NCBI GenBank assembly: GCA_963792415.1
Contig: CAWBVY010000006.1
Span: forward strand, 544,001-608,000
Reading direction: 5' to 3'
Length of the DNA: 64,000 nucleotides
Source: Candidatus Deferrimicrobiaceae bacterium
GTDB lineage: Bacteria; Desulfobacterota; Deferrimicrobia; Deferrimicrobiales; Deferrimicrobiaceae
Shown here: positions 29,871-39,294 of the stretch, in pieces
Position numbering within the stretch: position 1 is the first letter of the stretch
How the letters are laid out: each line of letters opens with the position of its first letter
The notes under the pieces: generated by a model
What the model was told of the DNA's origin: nothing
Database searches by the model: none
What the model saw: the letters and a program-made list of their open reading frames with translations, nothing else
Position numbers and translations under genes: made by a program

Positions 29871-30768
29871 CTACCCGATGTCCTTGCCGGTGAGGATCAC
29901 AAGCGCCTCGCGGTATTTCAGGGCGGTCTTTTCCACCACGTCCGCCGGAAGGCGCGGCCCCGGCGCCGTCTTGTTCCACGGCAGCGTCAGCAGGTAGTCG
30001 CGGACGAACTGCTTGTCGAAGCTCTTCTGCGGACCCCCGGGCTGCGTAGTCGGCGACGGGCCAGAACCGGGAGGAGTCGGGGGTGAGCGCCTCGTCGATC
30101 AGGATCAGGTCCCCGTCGACGGTCCCCAGCTCGAACTTCGTGTCGGCGATGATGATCCCCTTTCCGAGGGCATACGCGGCCGCCTTGTCGTAGAGGGCGA
30201 CGGCGATCGAGCTCACCTTCTCCGCGGTCTCCATGCCGACGATCGCGACCATCCGCTCGAAGGAGATATTCTCGTCGTGCTTCCCCTTCTCCTCCTTCGT
30301 GGCGGGGGTGAAGATCGGCTCGGGAAGGCGGTCCGATTCGCGCAGCCCTTTCGGCAGCCGGATGCCGCACACCTCGCCCTTCTCCCTGTATTCCGACCAT
30401 CCGGAGCCGGAGAGGTACCCGCGGACGACGCACTCCACGGGGAACGGCTTCGCCTTCCGGCACAGCATCGCTCGGCCGCGCAACGTTTCCGCGTGGGCAC
30501 GGGCCTCCGGCGGGAACGCGTCGACGTCGATGGAGATCATGTGGTTGGGGATGATGTCTTCGAGCATGTCGAACCAGAACGCGGAGATCTGGGTCAGCAC
30601 CTTCCCCTTCCCCGGGATCCCGTCCGGCATCACCACGTCGAACGCGGAGAGCCGGTCGGAGGCCACCAGGAGCAGTTTCCCGTCCACCTCGTAGATGTCG
30701 CGGACCTTTCCGCGGCCCAGCAGTTTCAAACCGGAAAGAGACGTCTCGACCACCGTGGCCTGGCTCAC
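29871..30768 (-). CDS. purC: SAICAR synthetase with an apparent 1-bp insertion near 30045
   Basis: [43 protein letters not shown]; [11 protein letters not shown]...KYREA continues in a shifted frame to TAG at 29871. Confidence 0.92.
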
Positions 30769-30807
30769 GTTGCGGACCTCCGAAAATATCGTTGAAAGAA
30801 TTTTCAT

Positions 30808-30816
30808 ACTATAACA
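30808..30816 (-). promoter_or_regulatory. Extended -10 promoter element upstream of purC
   Basis: TGTTATAGT. Confidence 0.45.
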
Positions 30817-31051
30817 GAAACGGCCCCGGAATCGCCGGATCAGTCGACGGGGGAGGTGCACAAATATCCAGATACACAGAAGGCGACTGCTCATATCGGT
30901 GTTAGATACATCTTGATCATCTCGTTGGAATACTTGAGAATGGTTCGAGCATATCCCGATGAACGAATTCCGAAAGGTTATTCGCAGGTACCGGGGAGAA
31001 CACAAGGTCCGATAATTCTCTTGCCTCGATCAATATCTCGGCGAAGACATA

Positions 31052-34039
31052 TCATCGGACCCCGCTCTCCGCGACGAGCAGGCGAAAGAGAAGGCCGGGT
31101 TCGCTCCCTCCAAACGCCGTGCTTCTGTATTGATTCCACAACCGCAAGGATTCCTCCCGTTTCCCCTGCGCGAGCGCCCCCAGCATCCCGGTCGCCAGAA
31201 GATACCTCCGCTCCATGGGAGGAACTTTCTGCACGTTTTCGAGCAATGCACGAGCCGACTCCAGCATCCGGGGAGCGTCCCGGTTGCCGACCGCCTTGAG
31301 CAGACCGTGCCAGATCCGCTCCCGGTGCGAAAACAACGTCGCGCACTTCCCGGAATCGAGGGTTTTCCAGAACGGATCCAGTTCCGAAGGCGCCAGGTAG
31401 GGAGTCATGGCGACGGACAGGCTGAATACGATTCCGGCCCGCTCGTCCTCGCCGGAAAGGGATTTCCCGGCACAGATCTGCTTCATCAGGACCGCTTTTT
31501 TCCTCAGTTCGTCCGGCACCCCCAGAACACTCTCGTCCCCGGAGAAGAAGTACTCCCGCAGCCCCATGGCGATGAAGGAATTCTGCGACTTTTCATATTC
31601 CACGGATGGGGTGATATCCGTGTACGTCCTTCCCGGAGCGGAATGTTCGAGGATTTCCATGGCCGGAATCGGGATATGGGAAAGATTCATCAATACTTGC
31701 GCCGAAGCACCAAGGAACCGGGCCCGTGCCGCGTTCTGGTCGAGAACGGGGTGGTAATCCGAATTGGCACGAATGGGGAACGATTCCAGGAACCCGGCAA
31801 GATATCTCTTCGTTCCGATCCTTCGAATCGTGATGTCCTGGTCCCTGAAGACGTGAATCCGGCGCAAGGCCGCAGCGATTTCCGGAACGTTTCGAACCGT
31901 GTAATCCGGGTAATCCGGCGGGGGAAGCGGACCGTTCTTGCCTGCGACGATAATCACGTCCCCGCTGTTTGCCGCATAGATCGCAAAGTCGGAGAAATTG
32001 GCCGAGATGGCCTTGAGCACCGAAACAACCAGGTCCATGTCAATTTCGTAGAGCTGCAGCCACTGCACGAAAAGTCCGTCCTCGTTCAGCCGGCCTCCGA
32101 TCATGCGATAGAACTCGTCCGAGAAGAGCCCCGCGACACCGCTTACCCACGGGTTCGACGGCTCGGAAATGATCAGGTCGTATTTCCGGTCGTACGTCGA
32201 AAAAAACGTCTTGGCGTCCTCGTTGTAGATCCTGCTTCGCGGATCGGTGTAGACCCGCTCCACCCGCGGGCGGAAGTTGTTCGCCGCTTCGATCATCCCC
32301 GCCTCGATCTCCACGGTGTCAACCCGTTGAATCGCGGGGTTGGATAGAAGGATGCTAGAGGTCAGGCCGGATCCCAGGCCGATGGAGGCCGCTGTCCGGG
32401 CCTGCGGGTGCATTGTCATCGGAATCACGCCGAGAAGGATCATGGTGTACTCATCGACGCATGGGGGTGCCCCGGGCCGGAACGATATCGCCGCGTCCGA
32501 CTTCCCGTTGGTACGGATCGAAAGGAGCCCGGAACTGTCGAGGAAGGCGCTGATCGTCGCCGTCTTGCCGTCTTTATGGTACAGAAGCCGGTTCGTATCC
32601 GGACCCGCCAGGATTCCCAGCCGGAAGACCCCCGATCCCATCTTGTAAGGATCCAGGTCCACGAAGAAAAGCGTCCCCGCGATCGCGCCGATCGCGCCCG
32701 CCGTGACGATCGCCGGCCGCAGGGAGCTCCGTCGTTCCCCTCCCGCACGCCAGTACAACGCCACGCCGAGAGCGATGTCCAGCCCGGCTCCAAGGATGAT
32801 CAGCCCTTTCAGCCCGAGGGACGACATCCCGATGTGTATGGAAAACACGACCCCGAGGATCGCGCCGACGGTGTTGGCGGCGTACACCGCTCCGATGCTC
32901 CGTTCGCCATGACCCTCCCGGAACAGGGCGAAGGTGATGAGCGGCAGGGTCATTCCGGCGAAAAACGTGGCGGGCAGCATGATCGCTATGGCGATGGCGC
33001 CGCTCGAAAGGTTGAACAGCGCGTATCCGGCAACGGTCTTGTCGAGGGTCTTGACAATCCACTGCATGACCGTGAAGGTGTTCCCGTAGAGGGGAAGCGT
33101 CGACAACGCCAGCAGCCCCATGACGAGCTGCACCCCCGCCAGATACCGGACCGGGCTGGGGATATGGTCGATCCGCCGCTGGATCCAGAACCCCCCAAAC
33201 GCCAGCCCGAGGATGAAAGCGCAAAGCATGAGCTCGAACGCATGGGTGGAGCTGCTCAATACGAGGCTCAACATCCGGATCCAGCCGATTTCGTAGATGA
33301 ACGAGGCCGCCCCCGTCACCGCGGCGGCGAACAGGAAGAACCGGTACCACGCCGCAGAACCCGCAGCCGGAGGTGCCGCAGCGGGCGAGCGCTCGCGGTG
33401 CCCACGTGCTTCTTTTTCCGGGGACATCCTCACCAGGTACCAGACCGCGATCGCCAAGGTGATGTTGATCAGGCCCGCAACCCTAATCGTTCCCGGCAGG
33501 CCGATCCACCGGATGAGCAGAAAACCGCTCGCCAGCACGCCAAGCGCAGCTCCGATGCTGTTGGTAAAGTAGAGCATGGCGATGGACCGACCGGGTCTGT
33601 CGGGGAAAAGGCGCAGGACGCCGGCGCTCATCAGGGGGAAGGTCATTCCCAGCAGGACGGACTGTGGCAGTATCAACGACGCCGCGAGGGTCCATTTGAA
33701 GGCGCTGATCACCGCCGGATTCCCCAGTCGCGGAATGATGGAAGCGTAGGACCAATCGATGGCATGGATGAACACGTCGTGAAAAGCCAAGGCGCAAAGG
33801 CCGACGACCCCTTCCGCGAATGCATATCCCAGCAGCACGTTATTCCAGCGGGTGGAGACTCTGCTGCAGATCCACGACCCGATGGCCATCCCGCCCATGA
33901 AGATGACGAGCACCAGCGTCTGGGCGTAGGCGGCGTGACCCAGAAAGAGCTTCAGGTAATGTGTCCAGATCGATTCGTAGATGAGCCCTGAAAATCCGGA
34001 CAAGGTGAAGAGGAGAAAATAGACGGATATGCCGGCCAT
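31052..34039 (-). CDS. Membrane domain / spermidine-synthase-like SAM-dependent transferase fusion (995 aa)
   Basis: Two repeated TM blocks (SG..GLIYE..W; LY..N..GA..G), then TNGKSD, IGLGSG.T, VEIE, EDAK, YDLIISEPSNPW.SG, QWLQLYE. Confidence 0.88.
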   Translation of the reverse strand: MAGISVYFLLFTLSGFSGLIYESIWTHYLKLFLGHAAYAQTLVLVIFMGGMAIGSWICSRVSTRWNNVLLGYAFAEGVVGLCALAFHDVFIHAIDWSYASIIPRLGNPAVISAFKWTLAASLILPQSVLLGMTFPLMSAGVLRLFPDRPGRSIAMLYFTNSIGAALGVLASGFLLIRWIGLPGTIRVAGLINITLAIAVWYLVRMSPEKEARGHRERSPAAAPPAAGSAAWYRFFLFAAAVTGAASFIYEIGWIRMLSLVLSSSTHAFELMLCAFILGLAFGGFWIQRRIDHIPSPVRYLAGVQLVMGLLALSTLPLYGNTFTVMQWIVKTLDKTVAGYALFNLSSGAIAIAIMLPATFFAGMTLPLITFALFREGHGERSIGAVYAANTVGAILGVVFSIHIGMSSLGLKGLIILGAGLDIALGVALYWRAGGERRSSLRPAIVTAGAIGAIAGTLFFVDLDPYKMGSGVFRLGILAGPDTNRLLYHKDGKTATISAFLDSSGLLSIRTNGKSDAAISFRPGAPPCVDEYTMILLGVIPMTMHPQARTAASIGLGSGLTSSILLSNPAIQRVDTVEIEAGMIEAANNFRPRVERVYTDPRSRIYNEDAKTFFSTYDRKYDLIISEPSNPWVSGVAGLFSDEFYRMIGGRLNEDGLFVQWLQLYEIDMDLVVSVLKAISANFSDFAIYAANSGDVIIVAGKNGPLPPPDYPDYTVRNVPEIAAALRRIHVFRDQDITIRRIGTKRYLAGFLESFPIRANSDYHPVLDQNAARARFLGASAQVLMNLSHIPIPAMEILEHSAPGRTYTDITPSVEYEKSQNSFIAMGLREYFFSGDESVLGVPDELRKKAVLMKQICAGKSLSGEDERAGIVFSLSVAMTPYLAPSELDPFWKTLDSGKCATLFSHRERIWHGLLKAVGNRDAPRMLESARALLENVQKVPPMERRYLLATGMLGALAQGKREESLRLWNQYRSTAFGGSEPGLLFRLLVAESGVR

Positions 34040-34075
34040 GGTCCTATTCCCGCCACCCCGCGTCGGTTATGTTTT

Positions 34076-34513
34076 TCACGGTCCTTGCTCCACGACGACT
34101 TCGATATTGTTTACCACCCCGTTGGTAATCACCTTATAGGTGGTGGTATTTTTGAAAAGAAGGCGGCGGCCCTGCTGGATGCGCGCCTGCACCGCATATG
34201 TGTGCATAGGGTCAATGTCTGCCGCCCTGTAGCCGATTTCGAACGGGATGGGGACCTGCCTGCCCCCGGTTTCAATTTCCTGCGTCCCAATGGTGAGCGC
34301 GGGAGCGCCTTGACGCGAGATATCGACCAGATCCACACGGATCAAGGCATCCGTGGGCAGAACCATCCTGATCCGATAGGTGACGGTCCCCCTCACCCTG
34401 GCTACTCCCTGCTGCGATCCGATATCCGCAATATCTTTTTGGTACGAGGCGCAACCGGCCGCCAAAGTCGCGAGCAGGACAAGAACCCCACGTATTGCCG
34501 ACCTTTTTGCCAT
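34076..34513 (-). CDS. YbaY/YscW-family lipoprotein
   Basis: Lipobox AAGC; GTVTYR.R..LP..A...V.L.DISR, QVPIPF, Y.V.ARI; start could be 34543. Confidence 0.82.
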   Translation of the reverse strand: MAKRSAIRGVLVLLATLAAGCASYQKDIADIGSQQGVARVRGTVTYRIRMVLPTDALIRVDLVDISRQGAPALTIGTQEIETGGRQVPIPFEIGYRAADIDPMHTYAVQARIQQGRRLLFKNTTTYKVITNGVVNNIEVVVEQGP

Positions 34514-34578
34514 CGCTACCATCCTTTCCTTCGATCGAACCATGTTCACCCCCACGGAAGCAGGAGGTCCCCAGGGAT

Positions 34579-36333
34579 TCACCGTGGAAGATTCCCCTTC
34601 GACAGGGCAGCTTCCAGGTTCCTCCTGGCGACGACATTGTTCGGCTGGAGTTCCAACAGTTGCCGGAATTGCTCGATGGCCTCGCCGGTTTCCCCGTGTC
34701 GGAGAAGCATCACGCCAAAGTTGTTGTGGACCTCCGGTGGAAAATCGCCTTTCTTTTGCACCACGAATCGGTATTGGGCGATGGCGTCATCAATATTTCC
34801 CATCTGGGTGAACGCGACGGCCAGATTGTATCTTGCCTTTACGTACTCGGGATCGATCCACAACGCGTACTGGAAGTGACCCACCGCGCGGCCGAGATTT
34901 CCCAGCCGGAGATAAGACAGTCCGAGATTGTAATGGGCGAACTTGCCGGCTGGACTGAACCGGGGCTCGGTCCGGAGGACCTCCTTGAAATGAGGGATCG
35001 CCTCTTCCGGTTTCCCTTCGTCGAGGAGCGCGGTTCCCAAGTGGGTTTGGCTTACCCAGTTGCTCGATGTAACCTCCAGTGCGTGCCGGAAAAGTGTGAC
35101 GTTTTTCGCCCAATTGCGGATCTGAACCCACGACACCGTCATCGCCGAAAGAAGCATCAACCCGCACGCAACTCCCAACCCGACGCGGCGATCCTTCCAG
35201 GCGGCCGTCGCCTCGGAGATTCCCCAAGCCGCCATGATGAAGATTCCAATCAGGGGGACATACGTGTACCGGTCCGCCATGGCTTGTCCCCCAACCTGCA
35301 CGATCCCGATCACAGGCACGAGGGTCCCGAGGTACCAGAGCCATCCGGCAAGGAAATAGGGACGTTTTCCTGCCCCCCGGAGAACAAGAAAGGATACGGC
35401 AACGAGAACGATGGCGGAACCTGCAATCTCCCAGGTCGGAATATTGACCGGGTACGGATAGAATATGGACAGAGACGTGGGCCACACCGTCTTGACCAAG
35501 TAAATGACGTACGATATTGCCGCATTCATGGCCCGCACGGCGACAGGCAAATCCGCCGCCGCGACCACCGCCTCCCCCTTCCTCTGAGCAAGAAAAGTGA
35601 CGATGGAGGAAGCCGCCGCCATTCCCAGGAGGGGGACCTTTTCCATCACGAGTCGTTTCCATGTCTCCGACTTCCCTGTGCCCGCATCCTCTTTACCCGA
35701 CTGGAATCGCTGCAACGGCCAGTAATCGAGCACCAGGAGAACGAAGGGAAGCGTCACCAGCATCGGTTTGCTCATCAGGCCGAGGGCCAGGAAGGCGGCC
35801 ACGAGGAAGTATCTTCCGATGCCGGGCGACGTCGTGTATCGCCAATACGCCCACATCGTTGCCATCCAGAAAAACGTGCTCAGGACATCCTTTCGTTCCG
35901 CCACCCACGCCACGGACTCCACGTGCAGCGGATGCACCGCGAAGAGCGCGGCAACGACCAAGGAACGGGGCACGTTGCCGGTCATCCGGAACAGGACCAA
36001 AAACAGCGCGAGCGAACTCAGCCCATGGAAAAACACGTTGACCAGGTGGGAACCTCCCGGCCACAACCCGAACAGTTCGACATCCGCCATGTGGGAAATC
36101 CATGTCACCGGATGCCAGTTGCCCATGTGCATCGTCGTGAAGGCCCACGCAAGCCCCGCTTTCGTCAGACCTGCTTTCACGCTCGGATTATCGAAGACGT
36201 ACCCGGGGTCGTCAAAGGATGTGAAGGGATGGCTCCGGACCTGGCCGAAGACCAGGAGAACCATGATCACCAAGGCGGCACACCCAAGGGCTTGCGGCGA
36301 GATGGAGCGTGTATTACCCGTGGTATGTAGCAC
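34579..36333 (-). CDS. TMTC-like GT-C membrane glycosyltransferase with C-terminal TPRs
   Basis: FDDPGY, NWHPVTW.SH, HPLHVESVAWV.ERKD, SKPM, ADRYTY.P; several TPR repeats. Confidence 0.85.
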   Translation of the reverse strand: MLHTTGNTRSISPQALGCAALVIMVLLVFGQVRSHPFTSFDDPGYVFDNPSVKAGLTKAGLAWAFTTMHMGNWHPVTWISHMADVELFGLWPGGSHLVNVFFHGLSSLALFLVLFRMTGNVPRSLVVAALFAVHPLHVESVAWVAERKDVLSTFFWMATMWAYWRYTTSPGIGRYFLVAAFLALGLMSKPMLVTLPFVLLVLDYWPLQRFQSGKEDAGTGKSETWKRLVMEKVPLLGMAAASSIVTFLAQRKGEAVVAAADLPVAVRAMNAAISYVIYLVKTVWPTSLSIFYPYPVNIPTWEIAGSAIVLVAVSFLVLRGAGKRPYFLAGWLWYLGTLVPVIGIVQVGGQAMADRYTYVPLIGIFIMAAWGISEATAAWKDRRVGLGVACGLMLLSAMTVSWVQIRNWAKNVTLFRHALEVTSSNWVSQTHLGTALLDEGKPEEAIPHFKEVLRTEPRFSPAGKFAHYNLGLSYLRLGNLGRAVGHFQYALWIDPEYVKARYNLAVAFTQMGNIDDAIAQYRFVVQKKGDFPPEVHNNFGVMLLRHGETGEAIEQFRQLLELQPNNVVARRNLEAALSKGNLPR

Positions 36334-36343
36334 CGGTTTTATT

Positions 36344-37084
36344 TTACTTGCGGAAGAGGGAATCTTTCCTGATTCCCATTTTCTGCAGGCGGTATTTCAT
36401 GGCCGTGGACAGGACCCCGAATCCATACGTGACGCTTCTGGAAAAATTGATGGAGGATGCGTCCGCGAAATATCTCGTTGGACAGCTGATCTCGCCGATG
36501 CGGAACCCGAAGAAAACGGCCTGAACGAGCATCTCGTTATCGAAGACGAAATCGTCCGAGTTCCGCTCGATGGGGATCGTCTCGAGTACATTCCTTCCGA
36601 AGGCGCGGAACCCAGTATGGAATTCGGACAACTTGATCCCCAACAGGATATTTTCTACCAGGGTGAGGAACCGGTTCGCCACGTATTTGTAGATCGGCAT
36701 CCCTCCCTTGAGAGTTTCCCCCGTGAGGATCCGCGACCCCAGGACCACATCGTAATGCCCAGATGCGACCATCGAGGCCATCGCGGTGACCAGTTTCGGG
36801 GAGTATTGATAGTCGGGGTGGATCATGACGACGATATCCGCCCCGAGCCGGAGGGCTTCCTTGTAGCAGGTTTTCTGGTTGGCTCCGTATCCCCTGTTTT
36901 CAGTGTGAACGATGGTGTTAATCCCGAGGGCGCGGGCAACCTCCACGGTGCTGTCCCTGGAAGCATCGTCGACCAGGATCACCTCGTCGACGTATTCATG
37001 GGGCAATTCCCCGAACGTCTGGCGGAGCGTCTTCTCCGCGTTATACGCCGGCATGACGACCACCAGTTTCTTCCCCTGGATCAT
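36344..37084 (-). CDS. GT2 glycosyltransferase, polyprenol-phosphate sugar synthase (DPM1-like)
   Basis: [43 protein letters not shown]. Confidence 0.88.
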   Translation of the reverse strand: MIQGKKLVVVMPAYNAEKTLRQTFGELPHEYVDEVILVDDASRDSTVEVARALGINTIVHTENRGYGANQKTCYKEALRLGADIVVMIHPDYQYSPKLVTAMASMVASGHYDVVLGSRILTGETLKGGMPIYKYVANRFLTLVENILLGIKLSEFHTGFRAFGRNVLETIPIERNSDDFVFDNEMLVQAVFFGFRIGEISCPTRYFADASSINFSRSVTYGFGVLSTAMKYRLQKMGIRKDSLFRK

Positions 37085-37429
37085 CCGGGAAGATCTCCCG
37101 ATTTTATCGCATGGATCTCGAACGTCCCTCCTTCATTCAGCAAATACGCCTCCGCAAGGGAAAGGATCAGCGCCAATGGTGCAAAAACCGGCAAGAGGAT
37201 GAAGATCGTGCAGGTCCACTGCAAGTCGCGATTACCGAGACCCATTGTATCTTTCATCCCTTATGGGAACGAACCGTTCCATTTTCATGAATAGTTTTAT
37301 ACCATCTCCGCATGGGAGGAGTCTTTCGGGTTTTCCCCCTCTTCGTACGGGCACTCGTGGTTTCTATAAGCAAAAGGGATTCGTACTTGGAATGGCCAAA
37401 GCCGCCTGCGGTTCCAAAAGGAAATTCGG

Positions 37430-39265
37430 ATGAGAGTGAAAACATGGACTTGCATTCTTCTTGTTCTAATAACCCTTGGCATATATTACCAGACCAGCAA
37501 TCATCATTTCATAAACTACGATGACCCTTCTTACATTATTGACAACCTGCATGTTAACACCGGATTAAACGCAAATAACATCGCTTGGGCGTTCACTTCC
37601 GTTCACTCCTCAAACTGGCATCCCGTAACCTGGCTATCGCATATGCTAGATGTACAATTATTCGGCCTCGCTCCAAAGGGCCACCACCTTGTTAATGTAA
37701 TGTTCCATCTTATCAACACCTTGCTATTGTATTTTCTGTTATTTGGAACTACCAAGTCGCACTGGAAAAGTTCCTTCGTTGCGGCGTTGTTCGCTCTTCA
37801 TCCACTCCATGTGGAGTCCGTTGCATGGGTCTCCGAGCGGAAAGACGTACTGAGCGCGTTTTTCTTCTTCATCACATTGATATTATATGTTTGGTACGTG
37901 AGGCGCCCCGTTTTCCGGAGGTACCTGCTTGCTTTATTCGCCTTCGCCCTTGGTCTCATGTCGAAACCCATGCTCGTTACACTCCCGTTTATTCTCTTGC
38001 TCATGGATTATTGGCCGTTACAGCGAATAACTCAATATGAGGGAATAGTTGATGCCAAAGGAAACAGTATCACGGAAAAGGAACAATCAACCCTCAGGCA
38101 ATTGATTCTCGAGAAATTCCCGTTTCTTGCTCTTTCCACCTTGTCCTGCATCATCACATTTTATGCTCAATCCAGAGGAGGAGCGGTAGCGAAAATAAAA
38201 TCAGTCCCGATAAGCTTCAGATTTTTAAACTCACTAGTCGCTTACGCAAATTACATATTCAAAACAATCTTGCCGCTTAAATTATCCGTAATCTATCCGT
38301 TACCCGATACCATAACAGTTTTACATGGGCTAGCGACCGGACTGCTCCTGACTGTCATTTCCACCATATCCATTCGAATGTGGCGGCGTCATCCATACTT
38401 TATTGTCGGGTGGCTTTGGTATATCGGGATGCTGGTTCCTGTAATCGGCTTGGTACAAGTAGGAAGACAATCCATGGCGGACCGGTACACGTATTTACCG
38501 CTCACAGGCCTGTTTATCATTGTCGCATGGGGCGTTCCATCAATCCTGAAAAATTGGCGTTACAGAAATACGCTTCTTTCCATTATGTCTGTGCTATTTC
38601 TGTTTACGTATTCACTATTAACCTGGTTTCAACTAGGATATTGGAAAAACAGCGTTACCCTCTTCCGGCATGCGACACAAGCAATTTCAAAAAACTATGT
38701 GGCTTACAATCTGCTTGGGAGTACTTATACCCAGTCAGACATGCTTGATGAAGCAATCTCCAATTACTTGGAGGCATTGCGTATATCTCCAGATGACGAA
38801 GAAGCCATTAGCGGGATAGGTATTGCCTTGGCGAAAAAAGGAGATCTCGAAAGAGCAACCTCGTATTTCAGGAAGGCAGCCTATCTGGAACCGGACTCGG
38901 CAGAGTGTCATTCCAACCTGGGATTCGCGTTATCGCAGCAGGGGCAATTTGAGGATGGAATTCGCCACTTGCTGGAAGCAGTAAGACTGCAACCCGGCAA
39001 CCCGAAAAATGCGGAGATACATTTCCACATAGGTACTTCCTTGGCAGCGCTGGGGGAAATCGATCCATCCATAGATCACTTCGTCAAGGCAATTCGGATA
39101 AAACCGGATTTCGTGGAGGCTCACTACAATTTGGGGGTTGCCCTGGCGAAGCAAGGGAGATGGGACCAGGCGATTGCCAGTTTTTCCATGGCACTTCAAT
39201 TGAAACCTGACCTGCAGGAGGCTTCCCTGTCCCTGGAGAAAGCAAAACGCATGAAGGGAAAATGA
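37430..39265 (+). CDS. Second TMTC-like GT-C/TPR protein, AT-rich
   Basis: YDDPSY, NWHPVTWLSH, HPLHVESVAWVSERKD, ADRYTYLP; TPRs. Confidence 0.87.
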   Translation: MRVKTWTCILLVLITLGIYYQTSNHHFINYDDPSYIIDNLHVNTGLNANNIAWAFTSVHSSNWHPVTWLSHMLDVQLFGLAPKGHHLVNVMFHLINTLLLYFLLFGTTKSHWKSSFVAALFALHPLHVESVAWVSERKDVLSAFFFFITLILYVWYVRRPVFRRYLLALFAFALGLMSKPMLVTLPFILLLMDYWPLQRITQYEGIVDAKGNSITEKEQSTLRQLILEKFPFLALSTLSCIITFYAQSRGGAVAKIKSVPISFRFLNSLVAYANYIFKTILPLKLSVIYPLPDTITVLHGLATGLLLTVISTISIRMWRRHPYFIVGWLWYIGMLVPVIGLVQVGRQSMADRYTYLPLTGLFIIVAWGVPSILKNWRYRNTLLSIMSVLFLFTYSLLTWFQLGYWKNSVTLFRHATQAISKNYVAYNLLGSTYTQSDMLDEAISNYLEALRISPDDEEAISGIGIALAKKGDLERATSYFRKAAYLEPDSAECHSNLGFALSQQGQFEDGIRHLLEAVRLQPGNPKNAEIHFHIGTSLAALGEIDPSIDHFVKAIRIKPDFVEAHYNLGVALAKQGRWDQAIASFSMALQLKPDLQEASLSLEKAKRMKGK

Positions 39266-39272
39266 AACCGTG

Positions 39273-39290
39273 GGGACGCAGTCCCCTTTT
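39273..39290 (+). terminator. Short terminator hairpin
   Basis: GGGGAC-GCA-GTCCCC followed by TTTT. Confidence 0.5.
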
Positions 39291-39294
39291 CTCG

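Noticed and set aside
30770-31050. Purine or ZTP riboswitch upstream of purC
   Set aside because: No consensus elements were recognised; only an extended -10 promoter is visible
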